Assembly: GCA_038202665.1 (NCBI GenBank)
Contig: JBBRES010000002.1
Span: 1-43,327, forward strand
Length of the DNA: 43,327 bases
DNA from: Candidatus Kapaibacterium sp.
Lineage (GTDB): Bacteria; Bacteroidota; Ignavibacteria; Kapaibacteriales; Kapaibacteriaceae
Reading direction: 5' to 3'
The notes under the pieces are model-generated. The model was given only the letters and a program-made list of their open reading frames with translations, was not told where the DNA came from and made no database searches. Both the position numbers and the translations under genes were made by a program. Positions 34,996-43,327 of the stretch are shown here, piece after piece; the first letter of the stretch is position 1, and each line of letters begins with the position of its first letter.

Positions 34996-36228
34996 CTAGA
35001 AGTACGAGGCAAAGCCAATCTGAAAGCCACCTGAGCGGGTAGGTGGATTGCCAAGAAGGTCGGTGGAGCGCCCGATCCGTGCATTCATACGTACAACGGT
35101 TTGTGCAACGGGACGGAAGCTCAGTCCGGCAGTAACGCCCCAGAATTCATCACCAATTGAATCACCTGTTTCCTTGAACGTACCAACATTCCAGTCTACA
35201 TAGTCTACTCGCACCGATGCGTTGAGCACTGCTTTTTCAAAACCGAAGATCGCACCACGATAGATCGGCTGTATCACGTCTACATACCCACCCATTTGCT
35301 TCGAGCCGTACTGCTGTGAATACGTAGACGGCACGTCGACAAAAACCCATGCCCACTCACCCACAATTCGTGTTGCAAGCAAAGGAAGCGTGATGTTGAA
35401 GTCTACGTCTACCACATCAACACGCCGCGCCTTGTCGATATCAATTCCGTCTGAAACCGTTTGATTGTACACGCCACCCATGTACGACACACCAACTTCG
35501 CCTATGCCTTCATGTCTCGTGGCAATCTTCGTTGTAAGGAGTGGATGACCATTCGAACTACCAGAAAATCGTTCAGCATTGTCTTTGGTGGCTGGAAGCG
35601 ATGTGCGATTGGATACGTTATCGATGATGCTCTCATCAAAACCATTCGTGAGATAGGCCTCGTAGCCGAACGACCAAGGGCCAGAGAACGTCTTACCGTA
35701 GGCTCCAAATCCAACGTTGCTCCATGTGGCGGGCAGCATGTGCGTCATCGCAATAGGTCGGTCTACAAACTCCCACTTCGGTCCATCATGATTTTGATTA
35801 AAGGCCCCAATCGGATTCATCAGAATACCACCGCGCAGTACACAGAGATCTGCAATCGTCAGATCAATAGAAGCGAACTCAATTGCGATCTCCTTGCCTC
35901 CTCCCTCAAACTCTATCTCGGTGAGAAATCGGATGCGAGGGTCGATGGCTGCGGCAAAAAACAACGTCAGACGCTGCATCTGAAAACTATGTCCGGTAGA
36001 AACCCCTTGGTCTCGCTCGTAGCGGTAGTTCGCTTCTACGTATCCGCCCATCGACACCGGAGTGTTTCCCATTTGCAAAAACGGCCTGTTGTAGACAGCA
36101 TCCATGTTCATGGCCGACTGCTGCGTGGTGTCTACCGGTTTGCGCTTGAACAGCGAAGTGTCTGCCTGTGCGGGAAGGAGCAAGGAGGAAAGGACAAAGC
36201 CGCAGACGAATAGCAAGAAGAACGTCAT
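34996..36228 (-). CDS. Putative outer-membrane porin-like beta-barrel
   Basis: The internal ATG at 36228 gives the signal peptide MTFFLLFVCGFVLSSLLLPAQA. The sequence shows alternating beta pattern and a C-terminal ...GFASYF. The ATG overlaps the Rieske gene stop (ATGA at 36225..36228). Confidence 0.6.
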   Translation of the reverse strand: MTFFLLFVCGFVLSSLLLPAQADTSLFKRKPVDTTQQSAMNMDAVYNRPFLQMGNTPVSMGGYVEANYRYERDQGVSTGHSFQMQRLTLFFAAAIDPRIRFLTEIEFEGGGKEIAIEFASIDLTIADLCVLRGGILMNPIGAFNQNHDGPKWEFVDRPIAMTHMLPATWSNVGFGAYGKTFSGPWSFGYEAYLTNGFDESIIDNVSNRTSLPATKDNAERFSGSSNGHPLLTTKIATRHEGIGEVGVSYMGGVYNQTVSDGIDIDKARRVDVVDVDFNITLPLLATRIVGEWAWVFVDVPSTYSQQYGSKQMGGYVDVIQPIYRGAIFGFEKAVLNASVRVDYVDWNVGTFKETGDSIGDEFWGVTAGLSFRPVAQTVVRMNARIGRSTDLLGNPPTRSGGFQIGFASYF

Positions 36229-36650
36229 GAAAGTTGAATGCGGATGGTGGATTGATCTACGCTGACCGGAAACGAAGTGATGGCCTTGTCTGCCGGACCG
36301 TGCAGCACTGCTCCATCGAGCGCGAATTCGCTTCCATGCGCGGGACAATGCAATCGGTCGCCCGCCATTTGTAAGCTCGCGCCTTGATGCGAACAACGCA
36401 TAAGCAGTGCCGTGTACTCTGTTGCAGAGTGTCGTACCACGCAGATGTAATACCGCAGCTCGTCGTGATGTGCGATTACCATGCGTTCAAACGTGGTGGT
36501 GCCAGAAGACGTCGACTCAAACACATGCGTCGACAGTTCGAGCGTCTTCCCGGCAAGGATGCCCGACACGCTTCGAACACTAGAACACGCGCCAAGCACA
36601 AGGCCTACGCAGCTTGCTCCCATCAACGATAAAAAGTGTTTACGGTCCAT
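36225..36650 (-). CDS. Exported Rieske [2Fe-2S] protein (Tat-like signal, possible lipoprotein)
   Basis: Rieske boxes CSHQG and CPAHGSEF. The N-terminus MDRKHFLSLMGASCVGLVLGAC resembles a Tat signal (RK in place of RR) followed by a lipobox-like Cys. Confidence 0.85.
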   Translation of the reverse strand: MDRKHFLSLMGASCVGLVLGACSSVRSVSGILAGKTLELSTHVFESTSSGTTTFERMVIAHHDELRYYICVVRHSATEYTALLMRCSHQGASLQMAGDRLHCPAHGSEFALDGAVLHGPADKAITSFPVSVDQSTIRIQLS

Positions 36651-36656
36651 GGCGAG

Positions 36657-37856
36657 CTACAGCGACTCTAGAAAACGAAGAAGATCTTGCTGATCGTGTG
36701 CGGGTAGTGCGTTGTACGCGTCGCGACTCCTTGCCGCCTCGCCGCCATGCAACATGATGGCATCATGGATCGAATGGGCACGTCCGTCGTGCAACAAGAA
36801 GTACCGTCCACCTTGCGACTTTGCAGCTAGGCCAAGTCCCCACAATGCCGGTGTCTTCCATTCAAACGTTTGCGCAGCGCCCTCGGTATAGCCGTCATCG
36901 AGTGCTGGCCCCATGTCGTGCAACAAGAGATCTGTGTACGGGAAGATCTGTTTGTTGCTCAATGCTGCAACGAACGTTGTTGGTGTGGTGTAGGAAGGCA
37001 CGTGACATGTGGCGCAACCCACGTCGTTGAACACTTGCTTGCCACGCATCACACCTGGATCTGTTGGTGTGCGTTGGACAGGCGCTTTCAGCGATTGCAA
37101 ATAGAAGACCACATCGGAGATCGATTTGTCTGACACTTCGGGATCGTTCACGAGGCCTGTATACGGATCGATCGGTTCGAACGTAGAGGTGATGCCGATG
37201 TCTTGGTTGTATGCTGTTGCGGTTTGCTGGAGCAGATCGATCGTCGCGCCTTTTTTTCCGAGGCGACCAATGTATCTACCGTTCACTGGGATGTGCTGCG
37301 CTGTGGGAATGAAGTACGGGCGGGGCTTCACATAATTTGGTATGCCCGACACTCCGTCTCCATCTGCATCGGACGGATCGGCATGGGCAAGGATCTGAGC
37401 ATCGGAGAGTGCCTCGAGGTATCCGAGTCCGGTGGAACTTGGGGGAATCAGCGTAGATGATGGCGCTCCAACCGGAAGAGACTCGGGTGTGAAGCCAGGA
37501 ATTGCGCGGTATTGAAGCTGAGGTCCACCTGCAGAAGAAAATGGATTACCGGATGTATCGGACTGACCGAACCGAATCACGGCGGAGAAGGGATGTCCTT
37601 TCCCATCAGCGGCATGACATCCGCCGCACGATGTTGCCACGAACACTGGCCCAAGGCCCGTTGCTACGGTAAACACTTGATCGTTGAACGCTCGGTCGCC
37701 CGCCATATGACGTCGCACTTCGTCCGTCGACATTCCATCAACAGGTCCGTCCAGAGTTTGATCTACGTCTGGCGCTGGTGGAAGAATATGTTCGCAGGAT
37801 GTGAGCGCCAAGGCGCAAACAAGGCCAAGCGCATAGAAGTACAAACGTCGTTGCAT
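36657..37856 (-). CDS. Di-haem cytochrome c oxidoreductase/peroxidase-like lipoprotein (DUF1111 / DHOR-type)
   Basis: Two CxxCH haem motifs (SCGGCHAADGKGHP and GCATCHVP) and an LLHDMG segment. The lipoprotein signal is MQRRLYFYALGLVCALALTSC, from the ATG at 37856; the ORF-track start at 37883 is a TTG. Confidence 0.82.
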   Translation of the reverse strand: MQRRLYFYALGLVCALALTSCEHILPPAPDVDQTLDGPVDGMSTDEVRRHMAGDRAFNDQVFTVATGLGPVFVATSCGGCHAADGKGHPFSAVIRFGQSDTSGNPFSSAGGPQLQYRAIPGFTPESLPVGAPSSTLIPPSSTGLGYLEALSDAQILAHADPSDADGDGVSGIPNYVKPRPYFIPTAQHIPVNGRYIGRLGKKGATIDLLQQTATAYNQDIGITSTFEPIDPYTGLVNDPEVSDKSISDVVFYLQSLKAPVQRTPTDPGVMRGKQVFNDVGCATCHVPSYTTPTTFVAALSNKQIFPYTDLLLHDMGPALDDGYTEGAAQTFEWKTPALWGLGLAAKSQGGRYFLLHDGRAHSIHDAIMLHGGEAARSRDAYNALPAHDQQDLLRFLESL

Positions 37857-37891
37857 GATATCCACGTACAGTTGAATGGACAAACGTAAAC

Positions 37892-37917
37892 AAATTTTTA
37901 GACTTACCTAAAAATTT
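37892..37917. promoter_or_regulatory. Perfect AT-rich inverted repeat in the divergent promoter region (candidate operator)
   Basis: AAATTTTTAG (37892..37901), spacer ACTTAC, CTAAAAATTT (37908..37917). It lies 36 nt upstream of the DHOR ATG and about 105 nt upstream of the PAP2 ATG. On the minus strand, TACGTTTG (37888..37881) fits the Bacteroidota -7 pattern TAnnTTTG. Confidence 0.4.
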
Positions 37918-38021
37918 CGTGCATCACCTGATTTTTCGTAGTCCGCACTTCAACACCACGATCGGGCGGTGTTCCAGGCACCAACAGCCCATTGCGTTCT
38001 TTGACGGTATATTCGTGTCGT

Positions 38022-38720
38022 ATGAAACACCTCTACACGACCCTTCTCCTTGCCGCCTTCCTGACCTTCCCTGTCAATGCACAGGACTGTACGAATCTGC
38101 CGTGGGAGGCGCAATTCACGTATGATCTCAACCACATTCAGAGCGATGCGCTGCATACGGCATCGGGTGTGGTGAGCGATGCGCTCCTTCCACTTACGAT
38201 TGGAGTACCCGTTGCGATGTATGCCGGCGGGTTTGCAACGAAGGATCGGTATATGTCGGAGACGGGATTGCAGACAGCCGTGACGGTGGGCGTGACGTAT
38301 GGCATTACACTTGTGATGAAGCATGTGTTCGACCGACCGCGTCCGTATGAAGCGTATCCGGGCTGCATTGTGAATTATCGCGAGGACTCAGATGGCAGTT
38401 TTCCGAGCGGACATAGTGCTGGCTCTGCCGCGCTTGCTACATCGCTGTGTTTGCGCTATCCGCAGTGGTATGTGATCGTCCCTAGCGTTGCCTATGCATT
38501 GTACACGGGCTTTGCGCGCATGAACCTTGGCATGCATTACGTGAGCGACGTGCTTACGGGCTATGCTATCGGCGCCGGCGTGGCCATTCTTGTGAATGCG
38601 CTGAATGAGAAAATCTTCAATGCAGCAGATCCGATTTTGCCAACCGCCACGTCCAGTGGCATGGGTGTGATTATGCTACCCGGACATGTTCCGGTGTTCG
38701 CTATGTCTATCCCGTTCTAA
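38022..38720 (+). CDS. PAP2-family (type 2 phosphatidic acid) phosphatase, exported/membrane
   Basis: Signal MKHLYTTLLLAAFLTFPVNAQ; PAP2 motifs KHVFDRPRP, FPSGHS and RMNLGMHYVSDV. Confidence 0.85.
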   Translation: MKHLYTTLLLAAFLTFPVNAQDCTNLPWEAQFTYDLNHIQSDALHTASGVVSDALLPLTIGVPVAMYAGGFATKDRYMSETGLQTAVTVGVTYGITLVMKHVFDRPRPYEAYPGCIVNYREDSDGSFPSGHSAGSAALATSLCLRYPQWYVIVPSVAYALYTGFARMNLGMHYVSDVLTGYAIGAGVAILVNALNEKIFNAADPILPTATSSGMGVIMLPGHVPVFAMSIPF

Positions 38721-38725
38721 TTCCC

Positions 38726-39487
38726 ATGCGCTGTTCCGTACTCCAATTCACGCCAGTCTTCCGCGATGTAGATGCGAACACAACGGCCATCGTTCAATTG
38801 ATCGCCTCTACAAAGAGCGACGTGATCATCCTGCCGGAACTCGCCACTAGCGGCTACTTCTTTACGTCGCGTGACGAGGCCGCCGTGTATGCAGAGCCTG
38901 TTGACGGAGACCACATGCAGGCCATTACTCGAGCAGCACAAGAGAACGGTCGCGTGGTGGTGTGTGGCTTTGCAGAGCGTGATGCAGATGCACTCTACAA
39001 CAGCGCCATCATTGCAGCACCCGATATGCCAACTCGCACGTACCGCAAAACGCATCTGTTCTACAAAGAACGATTCTGCTTCAATGAAGGCAACACAGGG
39101 TTTGTTGTTGTGAACATTCCGCATCTCGATCTTCATCTCGGCACAATGATTTGCTACGACTGGAGATTTCCTGAAGCCGCGCGGACACTGGCTTTGCAGG
39201 GCGCCGATCTCATTGCTGTCCCCTCCAATCTTGTTACCGAACTCTGGCCTCGCGTCATGCCTACGCGCGCGATTGAGAACAAGGTCTACGTTGCCGTCGC
39301 GAACAGGGAAGGCAGCGAGGAGAATGGTGGCGAGGTCGTGTCGTTCAACGGACGTTCCATGATTTACGGATACAACGGCGACGAACTTGGCAGAGATGCA
39401 GAGATCGATCCCGTGCAGACGCGGACAAAGTCGTTCAATGCGATCAACGACATTTTTACAGACCGACGACCTGAGTTTTACGCATGA
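38726..39487 (+). CDS. Carbon-nitrogen hydrolase (nitrilase-superfamily amidohydrolase)
   Basis: Glu-Lys-Cys triad context: LPELATSGY, YRKTHLF and TMICYDWRFPE. Confidence 0.88.
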   Translation: MRCSVLQFTPVFRDVDANTTAIVQLIASTKSDVIILPELATSGYFFTSRDEAAVYAEPVDGDHMQAITRAAQENGRVVVCGFAERDADALYNSAIIAAPDMPTRTYRKTHLFYKERFCFNEGNTGFVVVNIPHLDLHLGTMICYDWRFPEAARTLALQGADLIAVPSNLVTELWPRVMPTRAIENKVYVAVANREGSEENGGEVVSFNGRSMIYGYNGDELGRDAEIDPVQTRTKSFNAINDIFTDRRPEFYA

Positions 39488-40875
39488 TTCAATTCTCCTC
39501 CGTTCAGCACATTCACTTCGTCGGCATTGGTGGCATCGGTATGAGCGGCATCGCCGAGATCCTCCTGCAACAAGGGTTCACCGTTAGCGGATCAGACCTC
39601 GTTCGAAGTGAGACAACAGACTACTTGCAAACGCGCGGGGCAACGATCCACGTTGGTCATGCCGCAGACCATATCGCCGGAGCAGATGTTGTTGTCTACT
39701 CGAGCGCAGTGCACTTGTCAGTTAACCCGGAAACGATTGCTGCAACACAGGCACATGTCCCACTCATCCGGCGTGCAGAAATGCTCAGCGAGATCTCGCG
39801 CCTGAACTACTGCTTGGCCATCGCGGGTACGCATGGGAAGACAACGACCACGTCGATGACCGGACTTGTGTTCATGAAGGCGGGGCTGGATCCTACGGTA
39901 ATCGTGGGCGGAAAGCTCAAAGGTCTGGGTGGTACGAATGCACGACTTGGCAATGGAGACTGGATCGTTCTCGAAGCAGATGAATACGACAGATCGTTCC
40001 TCCAACTCCTGCCCACCATGGCCGTGATCACCAACGTCGAGGCAGATCACCTAGATATCTATACAGACCTCGACGATATCTGCGAAGCCTTTATCGAGTT
40101 CTCGAACAAGGTTCCGTTCTATGGCGTTGTTCTTGTGTGTTTGGATGATCAGGGCGTACGCTCTGTGATGGACCGCATCACCAAGAAAATCGTCACCTAC
40201 GGTCTCTCTCCACAGTGCGACGTGCGTGCAGACAACGTAGACTTCCAAGAGCGCACGGCAACGTATACACTCGTCCATCGCGGAGAAGCACTCGGCACCA
40301 TAACCTTGCATGTACCTGGCGTTCACAACGTACGCAACTCGCTTGCAGCCTGCGCCGCAGGTCTGCAATGCGGCGTCCCCTTTGAAACGATTGCAAGCGC
40401 GCTCGCCGAATTCGGTGGGGTGTACCGTCGGTTCGAACTCAAAGGCGAAACTTCAGACGACATCTTGGTCATAGACGACTATGCCCACCACCCAACCGAG
40501 ATTCGTGCCACCTTACAGGCCGCGCGCAGCGGATGGAAACGTCGCATCGTTGCGGTCTTCCAGCCACACACGTACACCCGCACACGCGACTTCTACCGCG
40601 ACTTCGCTCTTTCGTTTGACGATGCCGACGTGATCATCCTTACCGATGTGTATGCCGCACGCGAACTTCCCATCGACGGAGTGAATGGCGGTATGATCGC
40701 AGATGCTGCAAGGGCGGCAGGGCATCGGAACGTTCTCTATATTGAAGACAAAACGCAGATTGCCGCAGCACTCGCAGACGTTCTCCAACCGCATGACCTC
40801 TTGATTACCATGGGTGCGGGTGATATATGGAAGGTTGGAGAAGAAATCAAAGCCATGAATTCATTGCATCAATAA
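39484..40875 (+). CDS. murC: UDP-N-acetylmuramate--L-alanine ligase
   Basis: HFVGIGGIGMSGIAEIL, GTHGKTTTTSM and DDYAHHPTE. The ATG overlaps the upstream stop. Confidence 0.96.
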   Translation: MIQFSSVQHIHFVGIGGIGMSGIAEILLQQGFTVSGSDLVRSETTDYLQTRGATIHVGHAADHIAGADVVVYSSAVHLSVNPETIAATQAHVPLIRRAEMLSEISRLNYCLAIAGTHGKTTTTSMTGLVFMKAGLDPTVIVGGKLKGLGGTNARLGNGDWIVLEADEYDRSFLQLLPTMAVITNVEADHLDIYTDLDDICEAFIEFSNKVPFYGVVLVCLDDQGVRSVMDRITKKIVTYGLSPQCDVRADNVDFQERTATYTLVHRGEALGTITLHVPGVHNVRNSLAACAAGLQCGVPFETIASALAEFGGVYRRFELKGETSDDILVIDDYAHHPTEIRATLQAARSGWKRRIVAVFQPHTYTRTRDFYRDFALSFDDADVIILTDVYAARELPIDGVNGGMIADAARAAGHRNVLYIEDKTQIAAALADVLQPHDLLITMGAGDIWKVGEEIKAMNSLHQ

Positions 40876-40884
40876 GGACGAACC

Positions 40885-41673
40885 GTGAAATTGCTCCTCA
40901 CATCATTTGTTGTGGCCTGCCTGATGGTGGGCACGACGTTTGCGCAAACGCAGACCGTCATGAATTTTCAACGTGCCGACTGTTCCGGAAAGATGCACGA
41001 CTTGTTTGCAGATCTCGATGAGGGCAACGTTGTAATAGTGGAGTTTTTCATGCAGGGTTGCGCGCCATGCATCTCTAGTGGGAAAAAGCTTGAGACGATG
41101 AGGGCGACACTCGAGACGTCGTTTCCCGGAAAAGTGAAGGGCTACGCAATCGGATTCACGGATACCTATACATGCTCGAGTGTTGCGAGTTGGGTGAGTT
41201 CGAATGGACTCACGGCCATTCCTATGGACAGTGGCGCGGCAATGATCAAGCACTATGGCGGCTTTGGCATGCCAACCGTTGTGATCTGCGCCGGTGTGAA
41301 TGAACACAAAGTGCTTGGCAAAGTGTACATCGGGATGTCGACCTCTGATGTTCCAACGATGCAGGCCGACATTCGATCGTACCTTATGCAGTCCACAACA
41401 TCGGTAACGGAAGCAGCCAATACGTCATCTTCGACACGTACCTATCCGAATCCTGCTTCCGATGTTGTTTCGGTTGACATTTCTGATGCGCCTGGCGCAA
41501 CATCAATCGACGTGATCGATGTGACAGGTGCTGTGGTTTCCACGCAGCGCATTGCACCAGGTACGGCCTCGACTACAACGTTCGACGTAGCAGCGCTCGC
41601 TACTGGCACCTACATTCTCATGGTGCGCGGTGGGAACAACACTCTACGCACTCTTGTGAACATCTCACGCTAA
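40885..41673 (+). CDS. Thioredoxin-fold CxxC protein with a T9SS C-terminal sorting domain
   Basis: GTG start; signal MKLLLTSFVVACLMVGTTFAQ. A TlpA/redoxin-like VVIVEFFMQGCAPC is present. The C-terminus (RTYPNPASDVVSVDI...VIDVTGAVV...GTYILMVRGG...LVNISR) matches the Por_Secre_tail pattern. Confidence 0.75.
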   Translation: MKLLLTSFVVACLMVGTTFAQTQTVMNFQRADCSGKMHDLFADLDEGNVVIVEFFMQGCAPCISSGKKLETMRATLETSFPGKVKGYAIGFTDTYTCSSVASWVSSNGLTAIPMDSGAAMIKHYGGFGMPTVVICAGVNEHKVLGKVYIGMSTSDVPTMQADIRSYLMQSTTSVTEAANTSSSTRTYPNPASDVVSVDISDAPGATSIDVIDVTGAVVSTQRIAPGTASTTTFDVAALATGTYILMVRGGNNTLRTLVNISR

Positions 41674-41692
41674 CACGACCTTAAGGCTCACC

Positions 41693-43117
41693 ATGCGTTC
41701 CCTTGCCCTTGTTCTTCTGCTCCTTGCCACCTTCCCCAGCCTTTACGCACAGACGCTGTCGCCTGCAAGGCCGCTTGTAGAAGCAGAGCCTACGCGGAGC
41801 CGTGAGTATCCGAAGATGCAGCAGAATGCATCCGGAACAATGGTGGTGTGTTATCTGGAGCGTATGGGCACAACATCGCAGATTTATACGACGGTGTCGA
41901 AGAACGCAGGGTCTACATGGTCGATGCCGATGAAAGCAAACACTGTAGCCACGAAGATCTTGGGATATCAGCGTCAGCCGCGAACAGCGATTGGCGACGA
42001 CGGTACGATGCACATGGTATGGACGGATTTGCGTCCGAGCAGCACGCAGGTTGCGACGTACTATTCGAAGTCGACAGACGATGGTGCAACGTGGACGATG
42101 CGAAAGCTGATCTCCGACACAAATGATGCTCGTTATCAAGATTTCAGTTACGTGGCTGTAGACGCGAAGAACAACGTGTACATCACGTACCTTTCCTCGC
42201 TCAAGAGCACGTCCGACGGCTATGAGCATGTGTTCATGCGCATGTCTTCGGATGCAGGTGCAACGTGGACGCCTGAGCGTCGCGTAGACGCGTTTCCGAT
42301 GGGAGGCTCATGCGAGTGTTGCCAACAGCAGCTGCGAGTGACGGCCGACGGACACGTCTACGTTGTGTTTCGATCAAACATTCAAAACCGTCGTGACGTG
42401 TGGCTCGCTCGGTCCATGGATCAAGGCGCAACGTTCGAAGCACCAATCCTGATCCAATCTCAGCCGTGGAATATTCCGATGTGTCCAACCAGCGGACCCA
42501 GCATCGTGCTCGATTCATACGAGAATGCACACATCTCGTGGCAGGACTCACGAGACGCCGTCAAGCAGTCGGTGGTCTACTATGCGAAGCTGCCCTTTAT
42601 GTCGCGCGCGACGCCAACGAACGTAGACCTAAGCTCGAAGATCGTGGACACAGGAACGTGGCCCGAGCTTGCCGTGCGTCCTGATGGCGGCGTTGTCTCA
42701 ATAGTTTATGAGAGTCGTTCTGGAAGCCAATACGCGTTATCTACGGACGGCGGCACCACGTTTGAGAGCACAGACCTAACTGGCCAACTGGGATTTAAAG
42801 AAAGTCTCTCCATTGTATGGAGCTCTGCAGGACGCCCGTTCATGGCGTGGCAAAGTGCCCGCGGCTCGCATTACGACGTCTTCACAGCCGAAGACCTCGG
42901 CACGACTTCCTCGGTGCCAACAACCGTGCTGGCCGGACAACAAATTATAGTCTTGAATGCAGATGTAACAATGAGCAGACGTCCTTTGTCGTCAACGCTC
43001 AAGCTCTGCAATATGCTCGGTCAGGAACTCTGTTACACTGTGGTGTCACAGTCTGAGTCCACCCTGACCCTTGCCTTGTGCTCCCCTGCCCTAGGACCCG
43101 TTTTCGTGACGCCCTAG
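41693..43117 (+). CDS. Secreted BNR/Asp-box repeat beta-propeller protein (sialidase-like fold, function unknown)
   Basis: Signal MRSLALVLLLLATFPSLYAQ. Five Asp-box-like motifs: SKNAGSTW, STDDGATW, SSDAGATW, SMDQGATF and STDGGTTF. Confidence 0.75.
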   Translation: MRSLALVLLLLATFPSLYAQTLSPARPLVEAEPTRSREYPKMQQNASGTMVVCYLERMGTTSQIYTTVSKNAGSTWSMPMKANTVATKILGYQRQPRTAIGDDGTMHMVWTDLRPSSTQVATYYSKSTDDGATWTMRKLISDTNDARYQDFSYVAVDAKNNVYITYLSSLKSTSDGYEHVFMRMSSDAGATWTPERRVDAFPMGGSCECCQQQLRVTADGHVYVVFRSNIQNRRDVWLARSMDQGATFEAPILIQSQPWNIPMCPTSGPSIVLDSYENAHISWQDSRDAVKQSVVYYAKLPFMSRATPTNVDLSSKIVDTGTWPELAVRPDGGVVSIVYESRSGSQYALSTDGGTTFESTDLTGQLGFKESLSIVWSSAGRPFMAWQSARGSHYDVFTAEDLGTTSSVPTTVLAGQQIIVLNADVTMSRRPLSSTLKLCNMLGQELCYTVVSQSESTLTLALCSPALGPVFVTP

Positions 43118-43207
43118 GGCGCTGTACGGGCGAAATTTTGCAGTTTTGTGGTTCTAGGTACGTTCCAACGTGCCCATTCTGTAGTCATTTGGCAGGAGTA
43201 CGAGTTC

Positions 43208-43327
43208 ATGCTGACATTTCAGCGCAATTGGTGCGTGGCCCTTGTTGGCCTAGTAGTATTGACGGCATCTGTTTCGGCACAAAAGGCAAAGAAGCCCGCC
43301 GCAGCCCCTAAGGCCACCGCAATGTCT
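43208..43327 (+). CDS. 5' end of a secreted protein gene running off the window
   Basis: GGCAGGAG lies 9 nt upstream of the ATG at 43208. The frame reads MLTFQRNWCVALVGLVVLTASVSAQKAKKP (signal peptide) and stays open to the window edge. Confidence 0.45.
   Translation, partial: MLTFQRNWCVALVGLVVLTASVSAQKAKKPAAAPKATAMS

Noticed and set aside
43088-43120. A duplicated palindromic GCCCTAGG / GCCCTAGGGC around the stop codon of the BNR gene, as a possible terminator.
   Set aside because: The stem is only 8 bp with a roughly 17-nt loop, has no U-tract and overlaps coding sequence. That is insufficient to call it.
1-43327. A search for CRISPR arrays, tRNA/rRNA genes, IS elements, integrases, toxin-antitoxin pairs, reverse transcriptases or phage genes.
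   Set aside because: I saw no regularly spaced direct repeats beyond the 7-nt tract, no cloverleaf-sized conserved intergenic segment, and no ORF with transposase/integrase/RT motifs. The longest non-coding gap is about 236 nt.

Overview
This is a gene-dense chromosomal segment with about 36 CDS on both strands and almost no intergenic space. It probably comes from an FCB-superphylum bacterium (Bacteroidota/Ignavibacteriota/Chlorobi-like), because at least two proteins end in Por/T9SS-type C-terminal sorting domains. Most of the content is ordinary housekeeping: rpsA, folC, purH, ribE, pcrA/uvrD, trpS, rpe, cysS, hutI, a manC-like gene, asd and murC. These are interleaved with envelope and secreted proteins: lipoproteins, beta-barrel candidates, an M28 peptidase, a PAP2 phosphatase, T9SS cargo proteins and a BNR propeller. 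I found no rRNA, tRNA, CRISPR array, transposase, integrase or phage gene, and no intergenic gap is long enough to hide a large structured RNA. The window does not look like a mobile or defence island, and no clearly novel system is demonstrable from sequence alone. Five things are worth a second look. (1) An AddB-like Fe-S nuclease gene is translationally coupled to an AAA_32-type Lon-like protease, with no AddA partner adjacent. (2) A di-haem oxidoreductase, Rieske protein and outer-membrane barrel form an operon downstream of a perfect AT-rich 10-bp-arm palindrome. (3) A beta-barrel, an RsbW-like kinase and an M28 peptidase form an operon divergent from a receiver-histidine kinase. (4) A 7-nt-phased repeat tract fills the fmdB-like/pcrA junction. 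(5) A thioredoxin-fold CxxC protein carries a T9SS sorting domain. All product calls rest on motifs read by eye from the supplied translations; no database search was run.
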